Of a stretch of 64,000 bases of DNA, positions 27,752 through 38,509 are shown piece after piece. The notes under the pieces were generated by a model. That model had not been told where the DNA came from. It was given only the letters and a program-made list of their open reading frames with translations, and made no database searches. The translations under genes and the position numbers were made by a program. Each line of letters opens with the position of its first letter. Position 1 is the first letter of the stretch. Source of the DNA: Polyangium spumosum (lineage in GTDB: Bacteria; Myxococcota_A; Polyangia; Polyangiales; Polyangiaceae); NCBI RefSeq assembly GCF_009649845.1, contig NZ_WJIE01000009.1:160685-224684 (forward strand), in the 5' to 3' direction.

Positions 27752-29052
27752 TGCGCATTCGTCCTGCCAATCTCGTTGTCGTCCTCGGGGCGCTCGGAGG
27801 GCTGGGCCAGGCGGGGTGCCACTCGGTCTTCGGCATCGAGGAGGGCGTGCTCCGCCCGAGCTTCGAGGTCTCCGGCGCGATCGAGCGCGACACCACGTGG
27901 TATGCGGATCAGACGCCGATCCTCGCGGGATATGTGACGGTCGAGCCGGGCGTGACGCTCACGATCGAGCCGGGCACGCAGATCCTCGCCCACGCGGAGG
28001 GCGGGATCCTGGTGAAGCCGGGGGCCCGTATCCTCGCGCGGGGCACGAAGGAAGCGCCGATCGTGTTCACGAGCGCCGAGGCCACTCGCGCCGAGGGCGA
28101 TTGGCGTGGGCTCATCGTTTGTGGTCGCGCTCCGCTCAATGGATCACCCGGCGGCGTACGCCAGCTCGACGTCCTTCCCCCCGGCGTCAGCGCCGCCTGC
28201 GGCGGGACCGACGACGACGACGATAGCGGCGAGATTCGTTACGTGCGAATCGAGTTCGCGGGTCGGAACGATGGGCTCGAAGGCTCGCCGGGCGGGTTCC
28301 GGCTCGAGGGCGTCGGCAATCGCACGGTCGTCGATCACGTGCAGCTCCACCGCACCGAGGGCGACGGCATGGATCTGCGGGGCGGGACGGTCTCGGTGAA
28401 GTACATCCTCGTCACGTTGTACGAGGACGACGGCTTCGACTGGGCGCTCGGCTGGCGCGGCAAGGGGCAATTCATCGGCGTCGTCATGGGCGACATGCGG
28501 GGCGACACGGGCATCCAGGCTGGACAGGGCACGAGTGACTCCGTTATCGACGGCGCGGGCACGGCGCCCTCGGATCCCTTGCTCTACAACGTGACGCTCG
28601 TGGGGATGGAGGACCAGTACGGGCCGAACGTGAAGCTGCGGGGCGCGACGCGGGGGCGGATGTTCGACATGCTGGTGGCGAGCGCGGGCGTGTCGAGCCT
28701 GGGCATCGACGAGGAGCCGACGCACCAGAATGCGAACCAGGGGCTGCTCGACATCCGCCATTCGATCTTCGCGAGCGACGACAATTTCGAGGACGACGAG
28801 CCGGGCTTCGCGGAGTCGATCTGGGCGATGGCTCCCGGGCGGAAGAATCGGGCTCTCTCGGCGGAGGAGAGCGGGTTGCCGCTCTTCACCGGGGAGACGG
28901 TCCACCTGTCGCTCGTGAGCGGCGCGGCGGGGCTCTCGGGGGCGATCGCGCCGCCGGACGACGGGTTCTTCGATCCGACGGCGCTCTTCGTGGGCGCTTG
29001 TGGCGAGCTCTGCCCGGAGTTCGAGGGGTGGACGGCGTTTCCCGCGCGCTGA
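27751..29052 (+). CDS. hypothetical lipoprotein
   Basis: TGATG coupling to the upstream gene. Lipobox LGQAGC. Length 433 aa. Confidence 0.5.
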
Positions 29053-29071
29053 AATGTGGTAAGGTAGGCGC

Positions 29072-29662
29072 ATGTCGGATCCGGCTCGTACGTTGAAGCG
29101 TCCGAAGACCTGGGAAGACCTGGAAGATTTGCCCGAGGGGGTCGTCGGGGAGATCGTGGGCGGGGAGGTCGTCCTTCTGCCTCGGCCAAACCCGCCGCAC
29201 GGGCGAGCGCAGGCGAGGTTGACGATGAAGATTGGCGCCCCCTTCGATCTGGGCGACGGGGGGCCGGGGGGCTGGGCGATCCGCGTCGAGCCCCGCGTCC
29301 AGTTCGGCGAGGACATCCGCGTGCCCGATCTGGCCGGCTGGCGAATCGAGCGCTTCGAGGAGCCGAAGGAAGGCCCGTTCGTCGTCGTCCCGGACTGGGT
29401 TTGTGAGGTCCTCTCGCCGGGCACGGCTCGCTCGGACAAACGGGAGAAGCTCTGGCTCTACGGTCATCACGGCGTCCGCCATTACTGGATCATCGATACG
29501 GAGCTCCAGCTCCTCGAGGTCTACCGGCTCGAGGGCAAGGTCTGGGTCGTCGCCGCGAGGTTTGGCGGGGATGAACGCGTCCGCGCCGAACCGTTCGACG
29601 CGATCGAGCTCGATCTCTCCCTGCTCTGGATGCCCCCTCCCGCCGCGCCTCCCGCCCCCTGA
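29072..29662 (+). CDS. Uma2-family (DUF820) restriction-endonuclease-like protein
   Basis: Characteristic PDW.CEVLSP...D...K...Y...GV.HYW..D motif. Confidence 0.7.
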   Translation: MSDPARTLKRPKTWEDLEDLPEGVVGEIVGGEVVLLPRPNPPHGRAQARLTMKIGAPFDLGDGGPGGWAIRVEPRVQFGEDIRVPDLAGWRIERFEEPKEGPFVVVPDWVCEVLSPGTARSDKREKLWLYGHHGVRHYWIIDTELQLLEVYRLEGKVWVVAARFGGDERVRAEPFDAIELDLSLLWMPPPAAPPAP

Positions 29663-29665
29663 CCT

Positions 29666-30256
29666 TCACCCCCGCCGATACATCACGTCCGTTCGGAGCA
29701 CGTATTTCGTCCCCTCGATCACCGGCGCTCCCCGGTGGTACAGCGGGTGCGAAAACACGAGCGCCATTCCTCGCTGCGGCGTCACGCGGAGCTCGTCGTC
29801 CGTCACGAACATGAAATCCGTCGTCCCGCCGACGCAGTCGTCGTTCAGGTAAAAGATCAACGTCAAGAGGCTCTGCTCCTCCTGCGAGCGGAGGAACGCG
29901 CCGTCCCTGTGCCAGTCGAACTGCTGCCCCGGCGTGTAGCGGTAATACCGGAATCGCTCGTTCAACCCCACGGGGCGATACACGCCGAGCTGCGAGGGCA
30001 CGTAGGCCGATATTCGCGGCCAGAGCTTCGCCGCGAGCGCCGGGTCGTCCTGCATCACGCGCCGGTTGTTCCGGATGTCCGGCGCCATCATGAACTTGTT
30101 CGCGCCCACCGTGATCGGCGCGTCCGAGAAGCCGTGGGCCTCGGCGCGCTGGATGAGCTCCGCGCACTCGGCGGGGCGGAGGACGTTCGAGAGCGTGAAG
30201 AGCTCCCGATCGGAGGAGAGCAGGCGTTTCTCGATCGTGTTCATGCCCGTCAGCAT
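29666..30256 (-). CDS. 2OG-Fe(II) oxygenase, prolyl-4-hydroxylase-like
   Basis: HxD...H facial triad (FDWHRDG, FSHPLYHRGAP) and RxS-like 2OG-binding residues. Confidence 0.65.
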   Translation of the reverse strand: MLTGMNTIEKRLLSSDRELFTLSNVLRPAECAELIQRAEAHGFSDAPITVGANKFMMAPDIRNNRRVMQDDPALAAKLWPRISAYVPSQLGVYRPVGLNERFRYYRYTPGQQFDWHRDGAFLRSQEEQSLLTLIFYLNDDCVGGTTDFMFVTDDELRVTPQRGMALVFSHPLYHRGAPVIEGTKYVLRTDVMYRRG

Positions 30257-30350
30257 GCGGCCGCGCCGGGCACGAGGACAGGGCAGAACCGGGCAGCCAC
30301 CGGGCAGAGGTGGACAGGAGCGCCGCCCGGATGGATGATGCAACGGGCGA

Positions 30351-32948
30351 ATGGCGCAGCGGTTCAACCACGAGGCCTTGCTGCGGGCGCGCCTCGAGCT
30401 CGACCTCACCCAGGAGGCGCTCGCGGCCTCGGTCGGCGTCGACGTGCGCACCTATCGAAGGTACGAGTCCGGCGAGGTCAACGAGGGCGGCTTCTCGGTC
30501 CGGCAGCCGGCGCGGCGAAAGCTGCTCGAACGGCTCGGCGCCGAGCTCGGGCTCGACCCGGCCGACCTCGTGATCGAAGCCGCCCCCGAGCCTCCCCCGC
30601 CGCTCGCCCCGCCCGAACCGAAGCTCTTTCGGCCCGAGTTCGTGCACACGCTGCAACACGCGCCGTTTTTCGTGGGGCGCGAGGACATCCTCGCCGAGCT
30701 CTGGGCCTGGGTCGAGGCGCCCGAAAAGCGGGAGGGGCCGGGCGTGGTCGCGCTCGTGGGCGTGGGCGGCGCGGGGAAGACGGCCATCGCCGAGCGATTG
30801 ATCGCGCGCTTCGGGGACGGGCCGCGGCCGGGCGGCGTGTTCGTGTGGAGCTTTTACGACGACGAACGCACGGAGGTGTTCCTGGCCCACGCCGTGCGGT
30901 ATTTCGCGGGCGCGGAGGCGCCGGCCGGCGAGCGGCTCGAGAGGCTCTGCGCGGCGCTCGGGAGCGGCCCGCCCCACCTCGTCGTGCTCGACGGGCTGGA
31001 GACCGTGCAGGCCGCGGGTGGCGCTTCACGCGCCCATGGCGAGCTGGAAGATCCGCTCCTCCGCCGCCTGCTCATCAGCCTCGCGCGGGGCCTCGGGGCG
31101 GCGCGCGCCCTCGTCACGTCGCGGTTCTTGCTCGGCGACCTCGCGCCCTGGGCCGACGGCGGCGCGCGCACCGTGAAGCTCGGGCCGCTCTCCGCGACGG
31201 ACGCCGAGCGGTTGCTCCGGTCGTGGGGCGCGAACGCGGACGGCGACGCCCTCGCGCGGGTCGTCCGGGCCTCCGGCGGGCATGCGCTCTCGCTCGCCGT
31301 GGCCGGCTCGTACGCGGGCGCCTTCCTCGGCGGGGACCTCTGCCCGCTCGATCCGCTCGATCTCGCCGAGGCCGCGCGGGACGATCCGCTCGCGCGCCGC
31401 CTCGCTCGGGTCCTCTCGGCATACGCGGCCGCCTTGCCCGCCGCCGAGCGTGACCTGCTCGCGCGCCTCTCCGCGCTCTCGGCCGGCGCCGACGAGGACG
31501 CGCTCCTCGCGCTCGCCTCCGCCTCCCCGCGTGTCGCGGGCGCCCTCGCCGGGGCCTCGGCCGAGGTCCTGCGCCGCGCGCTCGCCCGCCTCGAGCGGCT
31601 CGGGCTCGTCTTTCGCGCGGGGGGCGATCCGCCGCGTTTTTCGTCGCACCCCTTCGTGCGGGACCATTTCCGCTCGTTGCTCACCGTCGCTCCTTCGGCC
31701 GTGCAGGCCGCCATGACGCCGCCGTCCGAGGGCACCCTGATCTTCGCGCCCCGGCAAAAACCCCGGGATGCGAGCCGCCTCGACGCGCTGGAGGAGGTCG
31801 TCCGCGCGCTCGTCGCCGCCGGCAAGGCGACGGAGGCGTATCGGGTGTATTCGCAGACGATGGGAGCGTTTTCGCACCTCGGGCTCGTTCTCGGCGAGAT
31901 GAGCCGCGGCGCGCGGATCCTGCGGCTGTTTGGCGAGACAACCGACCCGGCCTCCCCCGCCACCTCGCTCCCGTTCGGGTGGCGCCTCTCGCTCCTCTAC
32001 GAGCGCGGGCTTTATGCAGGGGCGCTCGGCGACCTCGTGTTCGCCCTTCGCTCCTACGCGGAGCACAACCGCCTCGTCGAAGGGACGTCCGAAACATCCC
32101 ACTTCATCACGGGTTTGCGTACATTGGCATATACGGAGCGCCTCGCGGGGGCGCTCTCGGCGGCGCGGGCGCACGCGTCGCGGTCGCTCTTGCTGGCGGA
32201 GTCGGCCGGGCTCTCGACACACGTCACGCGGGCCCTCGCGCTTCACGCGGCCATCACCCACGACCTCGGGGACGTCTCCGCCGCGCAGGCGGGCTTCGCG
32301 CGGCTCGTGGCGATGGGGGACGCGCGGGTCGCGCGGCGGGGGCTCTGGGAGGCAGAACACCTCCTCGCGCTCGGAGAGCTCTCGGAGGTGGTCGAGATGA
32401 CCGAGGCCAACGTGGCCGCCTGCGAGCGCCTCGGCTGGGCCGGGCACGCGGCGCAGGGGCACGTGCTGCTCGGGCTCGCCGTGGCCGACGTGGACCCGGC
32501 CGGGGCCGAGCGGAGGCTCTCCGCGGCGCGGACGTGGGTCGCGGTCTCGGGCGAGGTGGAGATGGCGGCGCGCGTACACGAGCTCGCGGCGCGGATCGCG
32601 CTCGCGCGGGGGGCTTTGTTCGAGGCGGCGCGGGAGGCGCTCACCGGCGAGCGGCTCGCGGAGGCATGTGGGCTGGCTCTCTTTCGGGCGCGGCTCTTCG
32701 CGCTTGGGCTCGAGGTCGCGCTCGCGCGGGGCGACGAGGAGGCGGCGGAGCGGGCCAAGGACGCGCCGCGCCGGGTCCTCGCCGAGGACGCCTGGGGCCG
32801 CGCGGACGTCCTGCACTGGGCCGGGCTCTGCCTCGCGAGCGCGGGGGACGCGGCGCTCGCCCAGCGGTACCTCGAAGAGGCGCTTGCCACGCGGGAGCGT
32901 CTCGGTCATCCGGGGCAGGACGCGACCCGACGCGCGCTTCGGACATGA
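30351..32948 (+). CDS. HTH (XRE) + NB-ARC/STAND P-loop NTPase + TPR-like helical C-terminal region
   Basis: N-terminal LTQEALAASVGVDVRTYRRYESGE. Walker A GVGGAGKT and hhhhDG Walker B HLVVLDGLE. Ala/Leu-rich helical repeats follow. Length 865 aa. Confidence 0.7.
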   Translation: MAQRFNHEALLRARLELDLTQEALAASVGVDVRTYRRYESGEVNEGGFSVRQPARRKLLERLGAELGLDPADLVIEAAPEPPPPLAPPEPKLFRPEFVHTLQHAPFFVGREDILAELWAWVEAPEKREGPGVVALVGVGGAGKTAIAERLIARFGDGPRPGGVFVWSFYDDERTEVFLAHAVRYFAGAEAPAGERLERLCAALGSGPPHLVVLDGLETVQAAGGASRAHGELEDPLLRRLLISLARGLGAARALVTSRFLLGDLAPWADGGARTVKLGPLSATDAERLLRSWGANADGDALARVVRASGGHALSLAVAGSYAGAFLGGDLCPLDPLDLAEAARDDPLARRLARVLSAYAAALPAAERDLLARLSALSAGADEDALLALASASPRVAGALAGASAEVLRRALARLERLGLVFRAGGDPPRFSSHPFVRDHFRSLLTVAPSAVQAAMTPPSEGTLIFAPRQKPRDASRLDALEEVVRALVAAGKATEAYRVYSQTMGAFSHLGLVLGEMSRGARILRLFGETTDPASPATSLPFGWRLSLLYERGLYAGALGDLVFALRSYAEHNRLVEGTSETSHFITGLRTLAYTERLAGALSAARAHASRSLLLAESAGLSTHVTRALALHAAITHDLGDVSAAQAGFARLVAMGDARVARRGLWEAEHLLALGELSEVVEMTEANVAACERLGWAGHAAQGHVLLGLAVADVDPAGAERRLSAARTWVAVSGEVEMAARVHELAARIALARGALFEAAREALTGERLAEACGLALFRARLFALGLEVALARGDEEAAERAKDAPRRVLAEDAWGRADVLHWAGLCLASAGDAALAQRYLEEALATRERLGHPGQDATRRALRT

Positions 32949-33188
32949 AATGTCCTGGTCTCGCGATGTACCAGGGTTCACAGGCATCCAACCTGGCGGC
33001 TATGCTCGTAAGTTCCCGGATTGTCGACGAGTGCACGTAACGACCGACGTCCCCACGCCGGACGTCTCGGGGACATGGCGACGGAGCACGGACCCGGCGT
33101 CGTCCCTGCGCACGACACGTATCGAGCGCCGCCACGATCCGCATCACCCTGGGATCTTCACGGTCCTTTCTCCCTCGATGGAGGAATC

Positions 33189-34613
33189 ATGAAACAACTC
33201 GCTTTCGCGGCGCTCTTCAGCTCGATCCTCGTGACGCCGGCTCTCTCCTTCGCCACGGCATCGAGCTCGACGCGCCCCTATGTCTTGCAGTACGGCTCGT
33301 CGCCCGGGCAGGTGAACATGGACGCCTGCACCCTCGACGCGGCCTCCGACCACGTACGCGACGTGGTGAACGCCGGCGTCATCGACGGGGCGGTGCTCCT
33401 CGTCGCGCGCCACGGCAAGGTCGTCCTTCACCGCGCCTATGGCCGCCGTGACGGCAACTTCGCGGGCCCCGCCGCCGAGAACCCGTCGATGTCGCGCGAC
33501 GCCATCTTCGACCTGCAGTCGATCACCAAGACCTTCACCGCGTACATCGCGGTGGACCTCCACGACCAGGGGCTGCTCGACCTCTCGGCGCCGGTGGCGA
33601 ACTACCTGCCGGAGTTCAACACGCCGGAAAAATCGGGCGTGCTCGTGCGTGACCTCGTCCGGTTCACCTCGGGCCACTCGATCGACGCCGCCGCCTCGCT
33701 CGTCGGCGACCCCGATCCCTGGGGCACGATGCTCGCCGAGGGCCTCGTCGCCACGCCGGGGACGATGGTCTTCTACAGCGACATCGGCTACCGCCTGCTC
33801 GGCCGCGTCCTCGAGGCCGCGGGCGGGCTGCCGCTCGACGAGCTCGTGCAGGAGCGGCTCACCGGGCCGCTCGGCATGAAGGACACGGCCTGGCAGCCGC
33901 TCGTCAACATGCCGAGCAAGGCGCTCCGGTTCGCCGGCACGGGATACTCGTCCGTGCGCGAGACGAACGGCGCGCCGAGGTACTTGCGGGGCGAGACGGC
34001 GGACGAGCAGGACGCCTGGATCGAGTCGCACACGCACGCGGCGACGGGCTGCGACGGGGCCTTCTCGACGGCCTGGGATCTGGCGCTCTTCGGGCAGATG
34101 TTCCTGAACCGCGGGGCGCGCGTCGTGGGCTATCCGGGCTGGGGTTACTGCACGCCCTGGATGTGGACGTGTGACATCGAGCTGCTCGCGTCCCCGGCGC
34201 TCGTCGAGGCGACGATCGACCTGCAGACGAAGGACGCCTCGGGCGCGCCGCTCGGCATCCACGGCGCGACGTCGAGCTGGCTCGACGACCTGCTCTTCGC
34301 GAACAAGAGCTACGGCTGGGAGCTCGCCGACGCCGACCCCGGGGCGCACGTGGTCACCGGGCTCTACGCGTCGCCGTCGGCGGTGTCGAAGATCGGCGGC
34401 GCCGGCACGTTCCTCACGGTCGACCCGGATCCTTCGCGTGACCTCGTCGTGGTTCTCTTGACGAACCACGGCCTGCCCTCGTTCGTCGGGCCGGACGGCA
34501 TCCAGGTCGACGGGAGCGGCAACCTGATCTGGCCTGGGTACGAGAACATGCTGAACGGCATCGCGCCGAACATCGTGAACGACCTCGTGCAGCTCGCGAT
34601 CACGGGGCCGTGA
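33189..34613 (+). CDS. secreted serine hydrolase of the beta-lactamase/PBP4* (class C-like) family
   Basis: Signal peptide. SITK (SxxK active site) and a YSD-like YxN region. ATG at 33189 is preceded by a GGAGGA RBS. Confidence 0.75.
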   Translation: MKQLAFAALFSSILVTPALSFATASSSTRPYVLQYGSSPGQVNMDACTLDAASDHVRDVVNAGVIDGAVLLVARHGKVVLHRAYGRRDGNFAGPAAENPSMSRDAIFDLQSITKTFTAYIAVDLHDQGLLDLSAPVANYLPEFNTPEKSGVLVRDLVRFTSGHSIDAAASLVGDPDPWGTMLAEGLVATPGTMVFYSDIGYRLLGRVLEAAGGLPLDELVQERLTGPLGMKDTAWQPLVNMPSKALRFAGTGYSSVRETNGAPRYLRGETADEQDAWIESHTHAATGCDGAFSTAWDLALFGQMFLNRGARVVGYPGWGYCTPWMWTCDIELLASPALVEATIDLQTKDASGAPLGIHGATSSWLDDLLFANKSYGWELADADPGAHVVTGLYASPSAVSKIGGAGTFLTVDPDPSRDLVVVLLTNHGLPSFVGPDGIQVDGSGNLIWPGYENMLNGIAPNIVNDLVQLAITGP

Positions 34614-34626
34614 CGAGGCGCGAGGG

Positions 34627-34658
34627 GGCGAGGGCCACGCGTTTGGCGCTCGCCCCTT
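34627..34658. terminator. GC-rich hairpin (GGGGCGAG-N16-CTCGCCCC) between convergent genes
   Basis: Inverted repeat read directly from the sequence. Intergenic between the beta-lactamase-like gene (+) and the Cys-rich repeat gene (-). Confidence 0.4.
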
Positions 34659-34668
34659 CGGGATCGTT

Positions 34669-37391
34669 TCAGGGGATCAGGGTGGGGTTCGGGTAGCAGC
34701 AGCCGGTGATGCAGCTCTCGCCGGCGGGGCAAGGATCCTGGCCGGGCTGGCCGCACTTCTGCACGCCGACCGGGCAGGACTGCTCCACGCATTCGGGCGG
34801 CAGGTCCGGCTTGCCGATGCAGACCTCGCAGTCCTCGCAGGTGTTGAGGCAGGCGGTGACCTGCGTGCACGGCTTGCACATCGACGGATCGTTGATCGTG
34901 TTGATGTTGCAGCTCCCCGTGCCGGAGGGGTTCTCCGAGCCGAGCCAGACCGTGTAAGGCAGGCCGGGCAGGGCGCAGCAGCCGAAGCAGTCACAGCCGT
35001 TCGGCGTCAGCGGGCCGCAATAATCGAGGCAGGCCTGCGATTGCGACTGGAATGCCTGGGCGCACGTGCCGCCGTAGCCCGGGATGCTCGTGCTCGGGTT
35101 GTACGCGCACTGGCTGCCCTCCGGCGGGTAGTCGGGGGCGACGGAGAGCGGGTCGCACTTGTGGCTCCAGAAGCAATCGTCGTTGCCCGCGCCGGTGTCC
35201 TGATCGAAGTAACAATCGGACTTGCAGGGCGAGTTGTTCTGGCCGGAGATGCCGCCGTAGAAGCTGTCCTCGGTGTTGTCGCAGGGGCCGAGGCATTGCT
35301 CGTCGGCCGCGTCGGTCTTGCAGTCGCCGTCGTTGTCGATGCAGTCGCCGCAGGCGTAGGTCTTCCCCTGGCAGGTCGCGGGCTGGCAGAAGTTGCCGCA
35401 GCCGCCCTGCGCGGGGTCGCACGTCTCGCCGCAGCCGCAGAGGCCGTTGTTCGGGATGCCCTTGCAGGCGTCGAGGATCGGGTCGCAGACGTCGCTCGTG
35501 CAGGCGATGCCGTCGTTGCAGACGGGCGGCGAGCCCGCGTTGCAGCCGGTCGCCGAGCAGGTCTCGGTGCCGTTGCAGAAGAGGCCGTCGTCGCAGATGA
35601 AGTCCTGCGGGAAGTGCGCGCAGGTGCCCGTGGGGTCGCTGCACTGGTCGTAGGTGCACGCGACGCCGTCGTCACAGTCGACGGGCGTGCCGCCCATGCA
35701 GCCGACGAGCGGGTTGCAGGTCTCGACGCCGTTGCAGGTGAAGCCGTCGTTGCAGACGTCGTCGTTCGGCGTGTTCGTGCACGCGCCCGTCTGCGGGTCG
35801 CAGGCGTCGGCGGTGCAGGGCACGCCGTCGTTGCAGTTGACGGGCGCGCTCGCCTTGCAGACGACGTCGCAGTACTCGACGCCGTTGCACGCGTCGCCGT
35901 CGCTGCACTCGGCGTCCGTCGTGCAGGGCTGGGCCGTCGTGCAGCCGCCGATCTGGGGCACGCAGAGCTCTCCCGCGGGGCACTTGCTGCTGTCCGCGGT
36001 CGAGGTGCAGGCGCCGTTTGGCTCCTGGCAGGCCTCGTTCGTGCAGGCGATGCCGTCGGACGCGCAGATCACGGCCGTGCCGGCCTTGCAGCCCGTGCCG
36101 GCGGCGCCGCCGATCGGGTCACACGACTCGACGCCGTTGCAGATCTGGCCGTCCTGGCAGGCCGCGTGGTTCGGCAAGAAGACGCACTTCTGTTGCCCGT
36201 TGTCGCAGCTATCGGCCGTGCAGGAGAGGTTGTCGTTGCAGACGACCGGCGTCCCGGGCTGGCAGCCGACGCCCGCCGCGCAGGTCTCGACGCCGTTGCA
36301 GAAGGCGCCGTCGTCGCAGGCCACGTTGCTCGGCGCGTTCGTGCAGCCATCGGTGGCCTCGTCGCAGCCGTCGGTCGTGCAGGTGATGCCGTCGTTGCAG
36401 TCGACGGGCGCGCCGGGCTTGCAGCCGGCGAGTTTGTCGCAGGTCTCGGCGCCGTTGCAGAACAGGCCGTCCGTGCACTTGCCGTCGTTCTCGACGTGCT
36501 TGCAGCCGCCGGAGGCCTGGTCGCAGAAGTCGTCGGTGCAGGCGACGCCGTCGTCGCAGTCGAGCGGCGTCCCTGCCTTGCACCCGAGCACGCCGCACGT
36601 CTCGACGCCGTTGCAGGCGACGTTGTCGTCGCAGAGGCTGTCGCTCGGCATGTTCATGCAGCCGTCGAACTGCTCGTTGCAGGTGTCGACGGTGCACGAG
36701 ATGCCGTCGTCGCAGGGCGATCCGGAGCTCGGCGTGCAGCCGGTGACGGGATCGCCGTTCGAGGGGTCGCAGGTCTCGACGCCGTCGCAGAACTGGCCGT
36801 TGTCGCAGGCCGCGCGGCTCGGCGTGTTGACGCATGCGCCGGAGACGCACGTGTCGACGGTACACCCGATGGCGTCGTCGCAATCGGCGTTGCTCACGCA
36901 TTCGGGCGTCTGACCGCCCATGCCGCCGGTGCCGGCCATGCCGCCGGTGCCGGCCATGCCGCCCATGCCGCCGGTGCCGGCCATCACGCCGCCGCCCATG
37001 CCGCCGACGCCGCCGAAGCCACCGCTGCCGGCCATGACGCCGCCGATGCCGCCTGCGCCGCCGGAGCCGCCGATGCCGCCTGCGCCGCCTGCGCCGCCCG
37101 CACCTCCGAGCCCGCCTGCGCCGCCGATGCCGCCCGCGCCGCCTGCGCCGCCCGCGCCGCCGATGCCGCCCGCACCTCCGAGCCCGCCCGCGCCGCCGAA
37201 GCCGCCCGCACCGCCTGCGCCGCCTGCGCCGCCGTTGCCGCCGGAGCCGGCCATGATGCCGCCGTTGCCGCCGCTCCCGGCCTGGGTCGACGCGCCGGCC
37301 CCGCTCGAGATGTCACCGCCGCCACCACACCCGATCGCGGCCAATGCCACCCACGCGAACCAATGAGGTCTCGATCTCCGCCGCTCGAGCA
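34669..37391 (-). CDS. giant secreted protein with a Gly-rich N-region and about 15 tandem 'Myxococcales cysteine-rich repeats' (CDDGxxCTxDxCD...CNGxETC)
   Basis: Start ATG at 37391 (MLERRRSRPHWFAWVALAAIGCGGG, signal/lipobox). Contains GGAGG runs and reiterated Cys motifs. The ORF-track N-terminal extension is antisense to the DUF58 gene and I rejected it. Confidence 0.7.
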
Positions 37392-37611
37392 TGGCCAACT
37401 CCCTTTCGCAAGAAGCCGTTCGACCGCTCAGTGTAAGCGAAAAACTACGCTGACGCGGTATGGTAAATGTTGTTACCACCTCTTCTTCCTTTGATTGTTG
37501 CGCAAACCACATGTTTGTGAACCGGGCCACGGAGGTGGCGTGGTCCTGGGCCCGAGGGCGTGGTGCGCGACGCTCTCGACGCCGCGGCGGCGCTGGGCCA
37601 GAAGGGCTCGG

Positions 37612-38508
37612 ATGCAGGAGACTCGTCCGGGGATCCCCTCCCGGCTCCTCGATCCGGCTTTTGTTCGCGAGCTCGAGGTGCTCAGGCGGCGGCTCGAGAT
37701 CCGCGCGCGCTCGGGCGCCTCGGGCGAACACGCGGCGCGGCGGCGCGGCGGCTCGGCCGAGTTCCAGGAGCACAGGCCCTACAGCCCCGGCGACGACCTG
37801 CGCCGCATCGACTGGGCCGCCTACGCGCGCACCGACGAGCCGGTGCTGAAGCTCTTTCGCGCCGAGGAAGACGTCATCGTGCGGCTGCTCGTGGACACGT
37901 CGGCGAGCTTGGATTTCGGCGAGCCGCCGAAGTTCGAGGCCGCGTGCCGCATCGCCGCGGCGTTCGGGTACATGGCCCTCGCGGCCTCGGAGCGGGCGCA
38001 GGTGATCTCGGCAGGGGAGGGGATCCAGCGCGAAGAGACGCCGGTGCGAGGCCGGAGCGGGCTGCCGTCGCTGCTGCGCGCGCTCGGGGCGATCACGCCG
38101 GGCGGCGGGACGGATCTCGCCCGCGCCATCGATCGGCTGATACAAAAGAACAAGCGTGCAGGCATGCTCCTCGTCGTCTCCGATTTCCTCGACGGCGGTC
38201 CGCTCGGCCCGGCGCTCGCGCGCGCGGCGGCCGCGGGCCACGATCTCGTGCTCGTGCAGGTCGTCGCGCCCGAGGAGATCGAGCCCCCATACGAGGGCGA
38301 CTGGGCGCTCGAGGACGCCGAGACCGGCGCGGTCGTCGAGGTGACCATGGATGCCGCGGCGATCGAGGCGTACGTGCTCCGGTTCGCGGGCCTCTGCGAG
38401 GAGCTCAGGCAAATGGCGAAGCGGCTGCGCGCGACGTACGTGCGGGTTCGTACGGACGAACCCCTGGAGAGCGCGGTCCGAAGGATCGTGTCGAGGAGCA
38501 TCGATTAG
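37612..38508 (+). CDS. DUF58 family protein (MoxR-associated vWA-like)
   Basis: N-terminal LDPAFVRELEVLRRRLEIRAR...EFQEHRPYSPGDDLRRIDW is typical of DUF58. A vWA-like core follows. Confidence 0.7.
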   Translation: MQETRPGIPSRLLDPAFVRELEVLRRRLEIRARSGASGEHAARRRGGSAEFQEHRPYSPGDDLRRIDWAAYARTDEPVLKLFRAEEDVIVRLLVDTSASLDFGEPPKFEAACRIAAAFGYMALAASERAQVISAGEGIQREETPVRGRSGLPSLLRALGAITPGGGTDLARAIDRLIQKNKRAGMLLVVSDFLDGGPLGPALARAAAAGHDLVLVQVVAPEEIEPPYEGDWALEDAETGAVVEVTMDAAAIEAYVLRFAGLCEELRQMAKRLRATYVRVRTDEPLESAVRRIVSRSID

Positions 38509-38509
38509 G

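Noticed and set aside
37392-38412. N-terminal 340-aa extension of the Cys-rich repeat protein ORF (track start 38412)
   Set aside because: It is antisense to the DUF58 gene and has no secretion signal. The ATG at 37391 gives a canonical signal/lipobox N-terminus just before the Gly-rich region.
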